From: Candidatus Latescibacterota bacterium
Lineage (GTDB): Bacteria; Latescibacterota; UBA2968; SICM01
Direction: 5' to 3'
DNA length: 64,000 bases
NCBI GenBank assembly: GCA_965217865.1
Contig: CBDCJO010000002.1
Span: 3,936,001-4,000,000, forward strand
Shown: positions 51,220 through 61,600 of the stretch, piece after piece
How positions within the stretch are numbered: the stretch's first letter is position 1
Layout: each line of letters begins with the position of its first letter
The notes under the pieces: generated by a model
The model's database searches: none
The model's input: the letters and a program-made list of their open reading frames with translations, nothing else
What the model was told of the DNA's origin: nothing
Translations under genes and position numbers: made by a program

Positions 51220-54200
51220 ATGAATAAACAGCCCCCTTTTACTCGACCTCACGCGTTTGAAAATCGCAAATTGTGGATCTTCGCCTTCAGATTTGCAATT
51301 TCCTGATCTTTTCGGATGGCTGGTCCGCTGATCGTAGTGCCGCTCCGCGAATCGCCCCCACGATTGCCCGTCTGTCCTTCTGGTTGTCCCCTGACCGGTT
51401 CAGCGAGTTCGAGACGACATACCGAGAAAAACTTGTGCCTATCCTGAAGAAGCACGGTCTGGAGGAATCTTCGGAACGTGGACGCGCGACAATAGACGGG
51501 GTGTTCAGCCGTCTGTTCGAGGTGAGGGCGCCATCGGAGATTCCTGAAAGGAATAACGCCCTGCGAAATGACACAGCCTGGACTGCGATCCTGAAGGCGT
51601 TAGGGGAGAGTTTCGGAACCAACCGTAATGATGGAACGATTCGCCACAGCCTTCACCTTTATGCCGCGCCAGGAGCGCCTCCCAGAGTCGTATCTGCGGG
51701 TACAGGCAAGATCGTGCCCGCCGGGACAGGGAGGGGCCACTGGCGCACCTATGACGTGACGGACGGTTTGGCCGACGTGAATGTACAAGACATCCTACAG
51801 GATCGAGAGGGTGCCCTCTGGTTCGCCACCTCTAACGGTGTGAGCCGGTACGATCCCCTTCGACTCGCTGACGCTCGCTCAGGGCAGGCTTCGACAAGCT
51901 CAGGACAGGCTCTCCTTCGACTGTCCGGCACAAAGCGCAGCTCCGCTCGTGACATAGTGTTATCGATCATCCAGGACCGGGACGGGGAGATCTGGTTTGG
52001 AACCACAGGAGGGGTAGGGCGGTACGACGGGAAATCCTTATACCACTTTTACCAAGAAAGATGGACTGGCGGACAATTATGTGGTGACGGTCTTTGAAGA
52101 TCGGGATGGCACTATCTGGTTCGGAACCGAGGGGGGCGGTGTGAGCCGGTACGATAGGAAAAAATGGGAAACTTTCACCACCCGGGATGGGCTGGCGAAT
52201 AATTATGTAACAGAGATTTTTCAAGATTCAAAAGGAAATCTATGGATCGGCACGGAAGGCGGGGGGCTTAGTCGGTATAATGAACAGAAATTTGTCACTT
52301 TCACCACGAAAGACGGTCTTGGGGATAATCGAGTGGAGACGATCTTTGAGGACAGGGAGGGGGTTCTCTGGGTCGGCACCCAGGGGGGAGGTGTATCGCG
52401 GTTTGACGGGACGAGGTTTTCGACCTTCACCACGGAAGACGGCCTGGCCAATAATGTGGTGCGGTCGATCTTTCAGCACCGGGAAGGGCATCTCTGGTTC
52501 GGCACGGGCGGTGGTTTAAGCCAGTATAGCGGGCCGTCCTTTACCTCTTTTGCAGCCCGGGACGGCCTGGGGAACAACCAGGTGGAGACGATCTTTGAGG
52601 ATGGGGACGGGATTCTCTGGATCGGAACCGATGGCTCAGGTGTGAGTCGGTATGATGGGGGTGACCTTTACGCGCTTTACCGTACAGGATGGCCTGGCCA
52701 ATAATGAGGTTCGTTCGATCTTTCAGGATCGAGATGGAGTACTCTGGTTCGGCACCCGGGGCGGGATGAGCCGGTATGATGGCGTGACATTCACCAATTT
52801 TACGTTGGAGGGTGTGCTGGGGCATGATGAGATTCAATCGATTTTTCGAGACCGGGAGGGAAATCTCTGGTTCAGCGTTGAAGGGGGCGGGCTCATCCGG
52901 AATAATCCCTCCGGAGCCGAAAGGTCCTGGACGGTTTTCACCTCCGAGGATGGGGTGGGTCGGCATACGGTGTTTTCGATCTTTCAGGACCGGGATGGTA
53001 TTCTCTGGTTCGGCACCATGGGCGGGGGTGTGAGCCGGTTTGACCCTTCCGGCTCCGTAGGCCATGGACAGAGATTTATCACTTATACAGAACAGGATGG
53101 CGTTGGGCACAACGATGTGTTTTCTATCTTTCAAGACAGGGAGGGGTTCCTCTGGTTCGGTACGCAAGGCGGAGGGGTGAGTCGGTATGATGGTCAGGCT
53201 TTTACAACATTTACGACCCAGGACGGCCTGGCCAACAATGTGGTGCGATCGATCATTCAGGACCGGGAGGGCCATCTCTGGTTCGGAACATACGGCGGGG
53301 GCGTAAGCCGTTATGACGGGAATGACTTTCAGACTATGGACCTTCGGGACGGTCTTGCGGGCAACCAGGTGCTCTCCGTCATTCAGGATCGGAACGGTAA
53401 TCTCTGGTTCGGAACTTACGGCGGGTTGACGCGATATCGACAGCCTCTCTCGTCCGCTCCTCTGGTGTCTATCGAAGCGGTGGTGGCGGACCGCCGGTAT
53501 ACCGTCGGATCCGAACTGGAAATTCCCTCGAGTGTAAATCTGACTGCCTTTGAATTCAAGGGGATCAGTTTCAAGACCCGGGCGGAGTCGATGGTTTACA
53601 GGTATCGGTTGAAAGGCTACGACGAGGTCTGGAAGTCCACCCGCGCCCGGCGTGTGGAATACCCGGACCTTCCGAGAGGGGACTACACGTTCGAGGTGAG
53701 GGCAGTGGACCGGGACTTGGTGCCGTCGGACCGACCGGCATCGGTGACGATGCGAATACGCCTGCCTTATGAAAGAATCGCCTGGGTTTCAGCACTTGGC
53801 ATCGCTATAGGACTGATCGCCTGGCAGACAACCCGCGTGGTCCAGCGGGGACTTCGGCTGCGGGAAGGCGAGGCGCGGTTTCGGGGACTGTCAGAGGCCA
53901 CTTTCGAGGGGATTGCGCTCCACGAAGATGGTAAGATCCTGGATGCGAATCGGGCCCTGGCCACGATGTTCGGATATGATCCCTCTGGGATAATCGGAAA
54001 GACCGCCGCAGAGCTGTCTACTCCGGAATCGCACGGAATTGTCTACAAGAATATTCAATCCGGATATGATAGACCGTATGAGGTGGTGGGTTTGAAAAAG
54101 GATGGATCCACCTTTCCGATTGAGGTCATCGGCAGGGACGTTCCCTATCGTGGGCGCATCGTCAGGGTCACTGCGATTCGGGATCTCACGGATCGTAGAC

Positions 54201-55477
54201 GGGCGGAGGAGGAGCGGGCGAAGCTGGATGAACAGCTACAGCAGCTTCGCTATCTCTACCGGCTGCGGACCGCGATGGCGGGCGGACGGTCGCCGGAGGA
54301 GATCATTCGTAAGGCAGGCGAATCCGTGATGGAGGTTCTGTCGGTTTCAGGTGCGGGGGGCGCTCTGATCGATTACGATGCACGGACTTATAAGTTTGGG
54401 GAAACGGAGGGTGAGAACCTGATTCGTTACAAACGTCCGGTCGCCTGGGGGGAGCGGGAGCGGGGGGTCTTGCGGCTTTTCTGCAGCGTCAAACTGAGCG
54501 AGTCGCAGGAGCGTGCGCTCCTGGACGAGACGGCAGCGCAGATGGCACGGGCCCTGGAAGCGCGTGATCTGGAGCTGCAGCTTTTGGAATCCGCCCGATT
54601 GGTCTCCCTGGGGCAGATGGCTGCAGGCGTTGCCCACGAGATGAATCAGCCTCTGGGGGCGATCTCGGCCACGACGGAGGACTATTTCCTGAGATTAAGA
54701 GAAGGCATGGCGGTCTCTGACGAGCAGTGGACAGAGATGTTGAAACGGATTCTGGGCATGGTGGACCGCATGTCGGGCACGGTGGAGCATCTGCGGGCTT
54801 TTTCGCGAGACTCCTCAGAGGAGCGGGGTGTGCGGATGTCCGTAAAAGAGGTGATTCAGTCGGGTCTGGGCCTTATCGGGACTCAACTCAAGAACCACGG
54901 GATCGATCTGCATACCGAATTTGGGGAAGATGTGCCGGAGGTAAGAGGCCATCCTCGCCAGCTGGAACAGGTTTTTCTCAACCTGATCGGTAATGCGAGA
55001 GATGCGCTGGACGAGAAGGATGAAACCGTGGATCGTGGATCGTGGATCGTGGATCGTGAAATGACAGGCGGGAGGCAGGCGGTAAAGGCGCAAATAGGTT
55101 ATGACGAGTCACGAGTCACGAACCACGAATCACGTGGAGGGAGAGGGGATGGGACTAAGGGATGGGCGAAGCGTTTGATCATCCGGACCCGGCAAGAGGG
55201 TGACGATGTTGTGGCGGAGGTGGAGGACAACGGCGTTGGGATCGAGGAGGAGAATGTCGGACGGGTGTTCGAGCCGTTCTTCACGACCAAGGAGGCGGAT
55301 AAGGGAACGGGATTGGGGCTGTCGATTTCGTATGCGATTGTGAAGAACCACGGGGGAGAGATTGTGTGTGAGAGTCGGAAGGGGGAAGGTACGGTGTTTA
55401 GGGTGAGATTGCCGTGGGAAGAACGTGAAACGGCAAACGTGAGACGTGAGACTAGGAAAGTGAAACGTGAGACGTGA
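51220..55477 (+). pseudogene. Beta-propeller (Reg_prop)/Y_Y_Y-TM-PAS-HisKA-HATPase sensor kinase with three frameshifts (~51300, ~52040, ~52660)
   Basis: IFQDRDGxLWFGT repeats across ORFs 51273, 52081 and 52652; YRYRLKGY; AGVAHEMNQP; PFFTTK..GTGLGL. Some frameshifts may be sequencing errors. Confidence 0.85.
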
Positions 55478-55485
55478 GACGTGAG
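55423..55485 (+). repeat. Heptamer array (ACGTGAG consensus, 9 units) upstream of the four-helix-bundle gene
   Basis: ACGTGAA ACGGCAA ACGTGAG ACGTGAG ACTAGGA AAGTGAA ACGTGAG ACGTGAG ACGTGAG in exact 7-nt register. Confidence 0.9.
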
Positions 55486-55549
55486 AGGGGAGTCCGCCGC
55501 AAGCGGACTTTAGATCCTCAAACGGCAGACGTGAAACGAGGGGATTGTC

Positions 55550-55912
55550 ATGTTGGATTTGCGTCATAAGAATCTGGAGGTTTGGAAAGCCAGTATAGAC
55601 TTCGTAAGTGACATATACCAATTGACAGGAAGTTTCCCCCAAAAGGAGTTGTACGGCATCACCAGTCAACTGAGAAGGGCTGCTGTCTCCGTCCCGTCAA
55701 ACCTCGCAGAAGGCTGTTCTCGGAGCTCTCCACTTGAGCGGAAGCGGTTTTACGAAATTGCCCGCTCCTCCTTGGTTGAGATGGATACCCATTTTGAGAT
55801 CTCCAGAAGGCTCGGATACTGCTCGGAAAATGATCTTAAAACGCTTTCAGAGAAAATGAATCATATTTTTGCCCTGCTTTCTCGGTTGCTTAAAAAAACG
55901 CAAGCATCATAA
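55550..55912 (+). CDS. Four helix bundle protein (23S rRNA-IVP / Avd-like family)
   Basis: HKNLEVW...FPQKELYGITSQLRRAAVSVPSNLAEG...RFYEIARSSLVE. Confidence 0.95.
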   Translation: MLDLRHKNLEVWKASIDFVSDIYQLTGSFPQKELYGITSQLRRAAVSVPSNLAEGCSRSSPLERKRFYEIARSSLVEMDTHFEISRRLGYCSENDLKTLSEKMNHIFALLSRLLKKTQAS

Positions 55913-55958
55913 GCGTGATTTCACTGCCTGATATTGCCCAGGTATAGTAGACACAGAG

Positions 55959-56816
55959 TTAAGTGAATTTCTGTTCGAAGTCATCTGGGCTCATCTGGTT
56001 AATATAGGAGTGCCTGCGTATCTTGTTGTAAAATCCTTCGATGTATTCGAACAACGCCAACGCGGCTTGCTCTCGATCTGGATAGATCATTCCGTCGACT
56101 TCCTCTGTCTTGAGCCTTGCAAAGAAGGATTCAACAACGGCATTGTCATAACAATTTCCCTTTCTTGCCATGCTGGATCGGAAGCCGTTTTTGTCCAGCT
56201 CGGCTCTCAGGGCCTCACTGGTGAACTGGTTTCCCCTATCTGAGTGGAAGATGAGCCCCGGTTGCGGCTTGCGTCGCCGACAGGCCATCCGAAATGCCCG
56301 TAAGACCAGATCCGCCGTCATAAGACAGCCTGTGGACCAGCCTACGACTTTGCGAGCAAACAGATCCAACACCACGCACAGGTAAAGATATCCCCGTCGC
56401 GTGCGGATATAGGTGATATCCGATGCCCAGACCTTGTCCGGCTTATTCACCTGAAACTGCTGCTTCACCAGATCCCGGGACGCCAAACCGATGCCACCTT
56501 TGGTCAGCACCCGGAACCGACGCTTCGGCTTTCCCTGGATGCCGCAGGCCCGCATCAGCCGCGCAACACGATTACGGCTGCACATAATGCCTTCAGCCTT
56601 GAGATCTTGCGTTATCCGAGGACTGCCATACGCCCTCTTCCTGGAATGCTGATGCACTCTTCGAATGTGCTCAATCAGAGCACGATCGCGCTTGCATCGA
56701 CCACTTTCTGGCTCCTGGTGCCAGGCATAATAACCGCTTGGATCAACCTCCAGCACCCGGCACATCCGCCGTATCGGAAACTGACCCCGGTGCTCTTCGA
56801 TAAAGGCGTATCTCAT
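55959..56816 (-). CDS. IS3 transposase OrfB (rve DDE)
   Basis: WASDITY, HSDRGNQF, NCYDNAVVESFF motifs. Confidence 0.95.
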   Translation of the reverse strand: MRYAFIEEHRGQFPIRRMCRVLEVDPSGYYAWHQEPESGRCKRDRALIEHIRRVHQHSRKRAYGSPRITQDLKAEGIMCSRNRVARLMRACGIQGKPKRRFRVLTKGGIGLASRDLVKQQFQVNKPDKVWASDITYIRTRRGYLYLCVVLDLFARKVVGWSTGCLMTADLVLRAFRMACRRRKPQPGLIFHSDRGNQFTSEALRAELDKNGFRSSMARKGNCYDNAVVESFFARLKTEEVDGMIYPDREQAALALFEYIEGFYNKIRRHSYINQMSPDDFEQKFT

Positions 56817-57109
56817 TGGGACCGGTTGGAGAAGTAGGCCAGCGCTTTTTTTAGGATGTCTCGCTCTTGCTCGACCTGGGAAAGCTTGCGCTTCAGATCG
56901 TAGACCTCCTGGCCTTCCGTTGTCCGCTTCCCGTGACCCGGAAACACATCATCCGGATGCTTCTGAAACTGACCGATCCATCGATACAACACGCCTTCTG
57001 GAATGTCCCATTCCAGGGAAACTGCCTTCACCTTCTCGCCGTCCACCAGTACCTTACGAACGGACTCCAACTTGAACTGACGATCGTACCGCCTGCAACG
57101 ACGTACCAT
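56813..57109 (-). CDS. IS3 transposase OrfA
   Basis: YDRQFK HTH, ERDILKKALAYF; ATGA overlap with OrfB. Confidence 0.92.
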   Translation of the reverse strand: MVRRCRRYDRQFKLESVRKVLVDGEKVKAVSLEWDIPEGVLYRWIGQFQKHPDDVFPGHGKRTTEGQEVYDLKRKLSQVEQERDILKKALAYFSNRSQ

Positions 57110-57170
57110 AGAGGACACCTCCCTTATCTGGGTGTCCACTAAATCGGGGCAAGATTAGCCTAGCCTTTTC

Positions 57171-57198
57171 CCGTCTCACGTTTCACGTCTCACGTTTC
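57171..57198 (-). repeat. Inverted heptamer array downstream of the four-helix-bundle gene
   Basis: CCGT CTCACGT TTCACGT CTCACGT is the reverse complement of the upstream units. Confidence 0.85.
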
Positions 57199-57210
57199 CA
57201 GGTCCATCTG

Positions 57211-57811
57211 ATGTCCCCACCTAACTCACATCGTGGCCTTTCTATTTTACTCATCGACGACGACTCCGCCGTCCTGACTGCTGTAGGCGATTATCTGAGC
57301 ACACGGGAACACCGGGTATTCCCCGCTGAGGAAGGCGCGGAAGGTCTGGAGATCCTGCGGCGCGAGGAGATCGACATCGTGATCACGGATATCAGGATGC
57401 CGGGGACGGGCGGGTTCGAGGTACTCCGGGAGGTTCGGAAAACGTCTCCGGGTACAGAGGTCATCATGGTGACGGGGTACGGGGACATCGACGGTTATTC
57501 TTTGCAAAGATGGCTGGATCACGCGGAAGGAGATGCGGTTTGAGCCATCCGGCGTGTCGCGATTCGATAAAACCAAGGACCAGGAAGAAGGGGGTTCGAG
57601 CGACGATACCGCGTCCGATCTGAGCGGTGCGCTTCGTGCGGTCTCGGAGAAGGGGTTGAACCTATCCGGAATAGAGGCGGAAGCGATCCGGGAAGCATTA
57701 AGAAGAACCCAAGGAAGTCAAGGACAGGCGGCGGCGCTTCTCGGTCTTTCCCGGTTCGCGCTTCGGAGGAGAATGGGGATTTACGGGATCGAGGCAGGGC
57801 GGAAAGAATGA
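57211..57811 (+). pseudogene. NtrC-like response regulator remnant (REC + Fis-HTH; AAA+ domain missing)
   Basis: REC is truncated after MVTGYGDID; separate-frame LSGIEAEAIREALRRTQGSQGQAAALLGLSR HTH. Confidence 0.75.
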
Positions 57812-57856
57812 GAACGAAATTATGAAATTGAAAAATTTCCAACTTATTGCGGGCTT

Positions 57857-57953
57857 CGCTTCGTTCGGTCACAACAAAAAAGTGTAGAAGGCATCGCGCG
57901 GGAATGAATTCCCGCGCTACGTATAAAAAGTCCGCCACAGGCGGACTCCCCAC
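57857..57953. repeat. Second copy of the composite REP unit at ~50600-50708
   Basis: CAACAAAAAAG...GTAGAAG..ATCGCGCGGGAATGAATTCCCGCGCTACGTATA.AAAGTCCGCC.CAGGCGGACTCCC is shared. Confidence 0.85.
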
Positions 57954-58037
57954 CTTTGACTACGGACTCCCCCGTCTCCCGACTATCCTGTTCATTCCCG
58001 CACACCCACGTTAAGTCTCCGCACTACATCCTTCCCT

Positions 58038-58059
58038 AAATGTGCGTATCCGCACATTT
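58038..58059. promoter_or_regulatory. Palindromic operator candidate
   Basis: AAATGTGCG-TATC-CGCACATTT with perfect 9-bp arms. Confidence 0.5.
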
Positions 58060-58218
58060 CCTCCTTCAGATCAACTCCAGATTTACGTATAATCATCTGG
58101 CATATTGATTAATGAGAGCCGGCAGACGGTAAACGTGAAACGGCAGACGGAAAACCGATCAAGATTCTTTCCGTATGTCGTTTTCGCAAATTTTGGACAG
58201 GCTGTCCCCAGGGACTTC

Positions 58219-58596
58219 ATGAAAATCCTACTGGTCGACGACGATAAGATGGTCCTTCAGACCATCGGTGACTTCCTGACGCGCCACGGTCATGACTTGA
58301 GGACGGCCTACGACGGCGCAGAGGCGCTCATCCAAATAAAAGAATCGTCTCCGAACCTCGTGATCAGCGACATCCAGATGCCGGGGATGGACGGGATCGA
58401 CTTCCTGAAGGCGATCCGGGAGCGCTTTCCGGACCTGCCCGTTATTCTCACCACGGGTTATGCAACGGCGGACACCGCAATTTCAGCGCTGCGCAACAGG
58501 GCATACGACTACCTGAAAAAGCCGATTCGGCTCGAGGAGCTTCAGGCATGTATCGAGAGTGTGGAGGAAAAATTGGGGGCTGAGCAAAACGGATGA
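58219..58596 (+). CDS. Single-domain response regulator
   Basis: MKILLVDDD...SDIQMP...TTGY...YLKKP. Confidence 0.92.
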   Translation: MKILLVDDDKMVLQTIGDFLTRHGHDLRTAYDGAEALIQIKESSPNLVISDIQMPGMDGIDFLKAIRERFPDLPVILTTGYATADTAISALRNRAYDYLKKPIRLEELQACIESVEEKLGAEQNG

Positions 58597-58645
58597 TCTT
58601 GGTTAGGGGATTAGTTCACCATTGTTCAATTCGGAGGGATCACCA

Positions 58646-61600
58646 ATGAAACTGTTCCGAAAATTTTCGATTCCAATGGCAACGCTGGTGTGCTGCGTAC
58701 TCGGATTCGCTGCCCAGGCGGGTGCCGGATCAGATATCATCACCACGATCGTTGGAGGCGGCGAGGCGGGCGGGCCCCTCGGGGACGGCGGCCCGGCAAC
58801 CAGCGCCGTGCTTAACAACCCGACAAGTGTGATCCTGGACAGTGCCGGCAATTTCTACATCGCCGACGAGAGAAACTATAGAATTCGCAAGGTCGATACT
58901 TCCGGAATTATATCAACGATCGCCGGAACCGGAGAATCGGGAAATTCAGGGGATGGCGGGCCGGCGATTGAAGCGAAGATGAGCCCAGAGGACATCGCAT
59001 TGGATTCCAGCGGCAACCTCTACATCCTCGGGAGTTCAGCGGAGTATGGGGTTGGGATTGTCCGCAAGGTCGATCCTGCCGGCGTGATCACCACGGTCGC
59101 GGGCGGTGGGCACTTGGGCATCCTGGGCGACGACAGTCTGGCCACGGAAGTCACGTTTTCTTTTGCAACAGGGATCCACGTTGATGAAGCCGGCAACCTT
59201 TACATTGCAGATGCTGGCGCTTCCCGCATCCGGAAGGTGGACCCCACGGGTATCATCACGACCGTCGCGGGGAACGGCACGGGCGGGTATTCCGGTGACG
59301 GAGGCGCGGCCATTGACGCCAGCCTGGGTAGCCCGCAAGATATTTTCGTTGACAACAATGGAGACCTCTACATCGCAGAACGGTTTAACGGTGTGATCCG
59401 CAAAGTCGATCCCTCGGGGATCATCACCACTGTTGCTGGAAACGGCAACAACGAAGCCCGATTGAGCGCGCCTAATGACATCTTCGTCGATGGAGGTGGA
59501 AACCTCTACATCGCCTCCAGTTCAGAAATTCGCCGGGTTGATCCATCCGGCATTATCACCACCATCGCCGGGGGAGGATTTGGAGATCTGGGCGACGGCG
59601 GCCCGGCCACCGAAGCCACCCTGAATAACCCGGCGGGTATCTTCGTGGACGGCTCCGGCAACCTCTACATCGCCGATACGGGAAACAACCGGATCCGCAA
59701 GGTGGCGCCGGCTTCTTTCCAGATCGCGTTGACTGCCACGCCGGATTTCATTTTGGAGTTGGAATCTTCGACGATTCGCGCGGAAATCCAGGACCGGGAC
59801 GGCAACCTGCAAAGCGATGACAATTCCACGGTCGTGACCTTCCGGATTACCAGCGGCGAAGGGACCCTGTCGGACGAAGAGGTGACCGCCTCGGGCGGGG
59901 TCGCGACCACCACCCTGACCTCTGAGACGGTCGGGGTCGTTAACATTGTGGCCGGTGCGCCAGATTCCGAAGATGGAATCCTGTCCGTCGAAGTGAAAGG
60001 CCCACAGGTGGTCATCTCGCTGACGGCCGACCCGAGTATTGTAACGGCAGACGGCTCCGATGCCTCCACCTTACGTGTGGAAGTCCGCGATCTGAGCGGC
60101 AACCTGAAGACCGGTGACAACAGTACCGTCGTGACCTTCCGCATCATGGGGGGGTTCGTATCCGAGGGCGGAGGGAGTCTGTCTTTCGAATCGGTAACCG
60201 CTTCGGGCGGGGTGGCCACCACGACCTTTAGAGGCAGCATGCCCGGTCAGGTGATCGTTGAGGCCGCCGCGTCGGGCGCGAGGGAGGTGACCGTGATCGT
60301 GTCCGTGTTGCGGGTTCCGTCGCAAACCGGGCCGTTCGGTCCCCCGCCGGTTTTGGAGATCGGGCCGGGTGAAATTGGCACGATTGCGGGGGGTTGGATC
60401 GGTGACGGGGGCCCCGCCACCGAGGCCGGCCTGAGCTCTCCGAGAGACCTTTTTGTGGACGGAGCCGGAAACCTCTACATCGCGGACAATGGAAACAATC
60501 GCATCCGCAAAGTCCACACCTCCGGCATCATAACAACGGTTGCGGGAACCGGCGATAAGGGTTTTAAGGTCGACGAAGGCGGACCCGCAACCGACGCGCA
60601 GATAGCCCTTCCGCTTGCCGTCACGGTCGATGCGTTGGGCAACATTTACCTTGCCCAATTTCGCACAGTGTGGAAGGTCGATACCTCGGGCATCATCACC
60701 AGAGTGGCCGGGTCGGGCTCTATATTGGACACTGGCGGCGACGGCGAACCGGCCACGGATACGAAAGTGGAGGGAATCACCGCAATTGCCGTGGACGGCT
60801 CCGGCAACCTTTTCATAGCACAAGAGAACAACCGGATCCGCAAAGTCGACCCGTCGGGCATCATCTCCACTGCGGCGAGTGTAGACGAACCGCTCAGCCT
60901 GGCGGTAGACGCATCAGGCAATCTCTACATATTGAGAAGGGACAGAAGCAGGAGCGTGACCCTCGTCGCAAAGATGGCCCCTTCGGGGACCATCACAACA
61001 ATTGCGGGCGGGGGCGGGGGGGGTGGCATACTCATCGAAGGCAGTCCGGCAACCGAGTTCCAACTTCTTGCCTCCTCGATCTCCGTGGACGCCGCGGGCA
61101 ACCTTTACATCTTGGGGAATGACAGGGTTTTGCGGGTGGATCTCTCGGGCGCCCTCACTACGGTGGCGGCCAATATCGGCCGTGGAACCGGCATAGCTCT
61201 AAATAGTGCGGGTGAGGTCTACTTCGCTGACGACGTTGATCACCGTGTGCGTAAAATCGGGACCGACGGCAGCATTGTCACCGTTGCAGGATCGATCGGC
61301 GACGGCCGACCTGCGACCCAGGTCAGCTTTATAAGCCCGCAGGGCATTACCATGGACAACGCGGGGAACATCTACATCGCGGATTCGGGCAACGGACGCG
61401 TTCGAAGAGTCGACCCGACCGGCACGATTTCCACAGTCGCCGGCGGGGGCACGGCGAGGGGGTCGGGCTTTCCCTTCATTGAATTCGTCGGTCCGGCCAC
61501 GGAAGCCGCGTTGAACCCCAGCGGGCTGGCCCTGGACGCGTCCGGCAACCTGTACGTGGTAGAATGGCAAGGCCACCGGATTCGGAAGGTGGACACGTCG

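Larger units (their letters stand above)
55929..57157 (-). mobile_element. IS3-family element (1229 bp)
   Basis: IRs TGATATTGCCCAGGTATAGTAGACAC / GTGTCCACTAAATCGGGGCAAGATTA; 3-bp TSD GCC. Confidence 0.93.

Noticed and set aside
55550-55912. Diversity-generating retroelement (Avd-like gene) or 23S rRNA intervening sequence
   Set aside because: No reverse transcriptase, no TR/VR pair with adenine-specific mismatches, and no rRNA sequence is visible.
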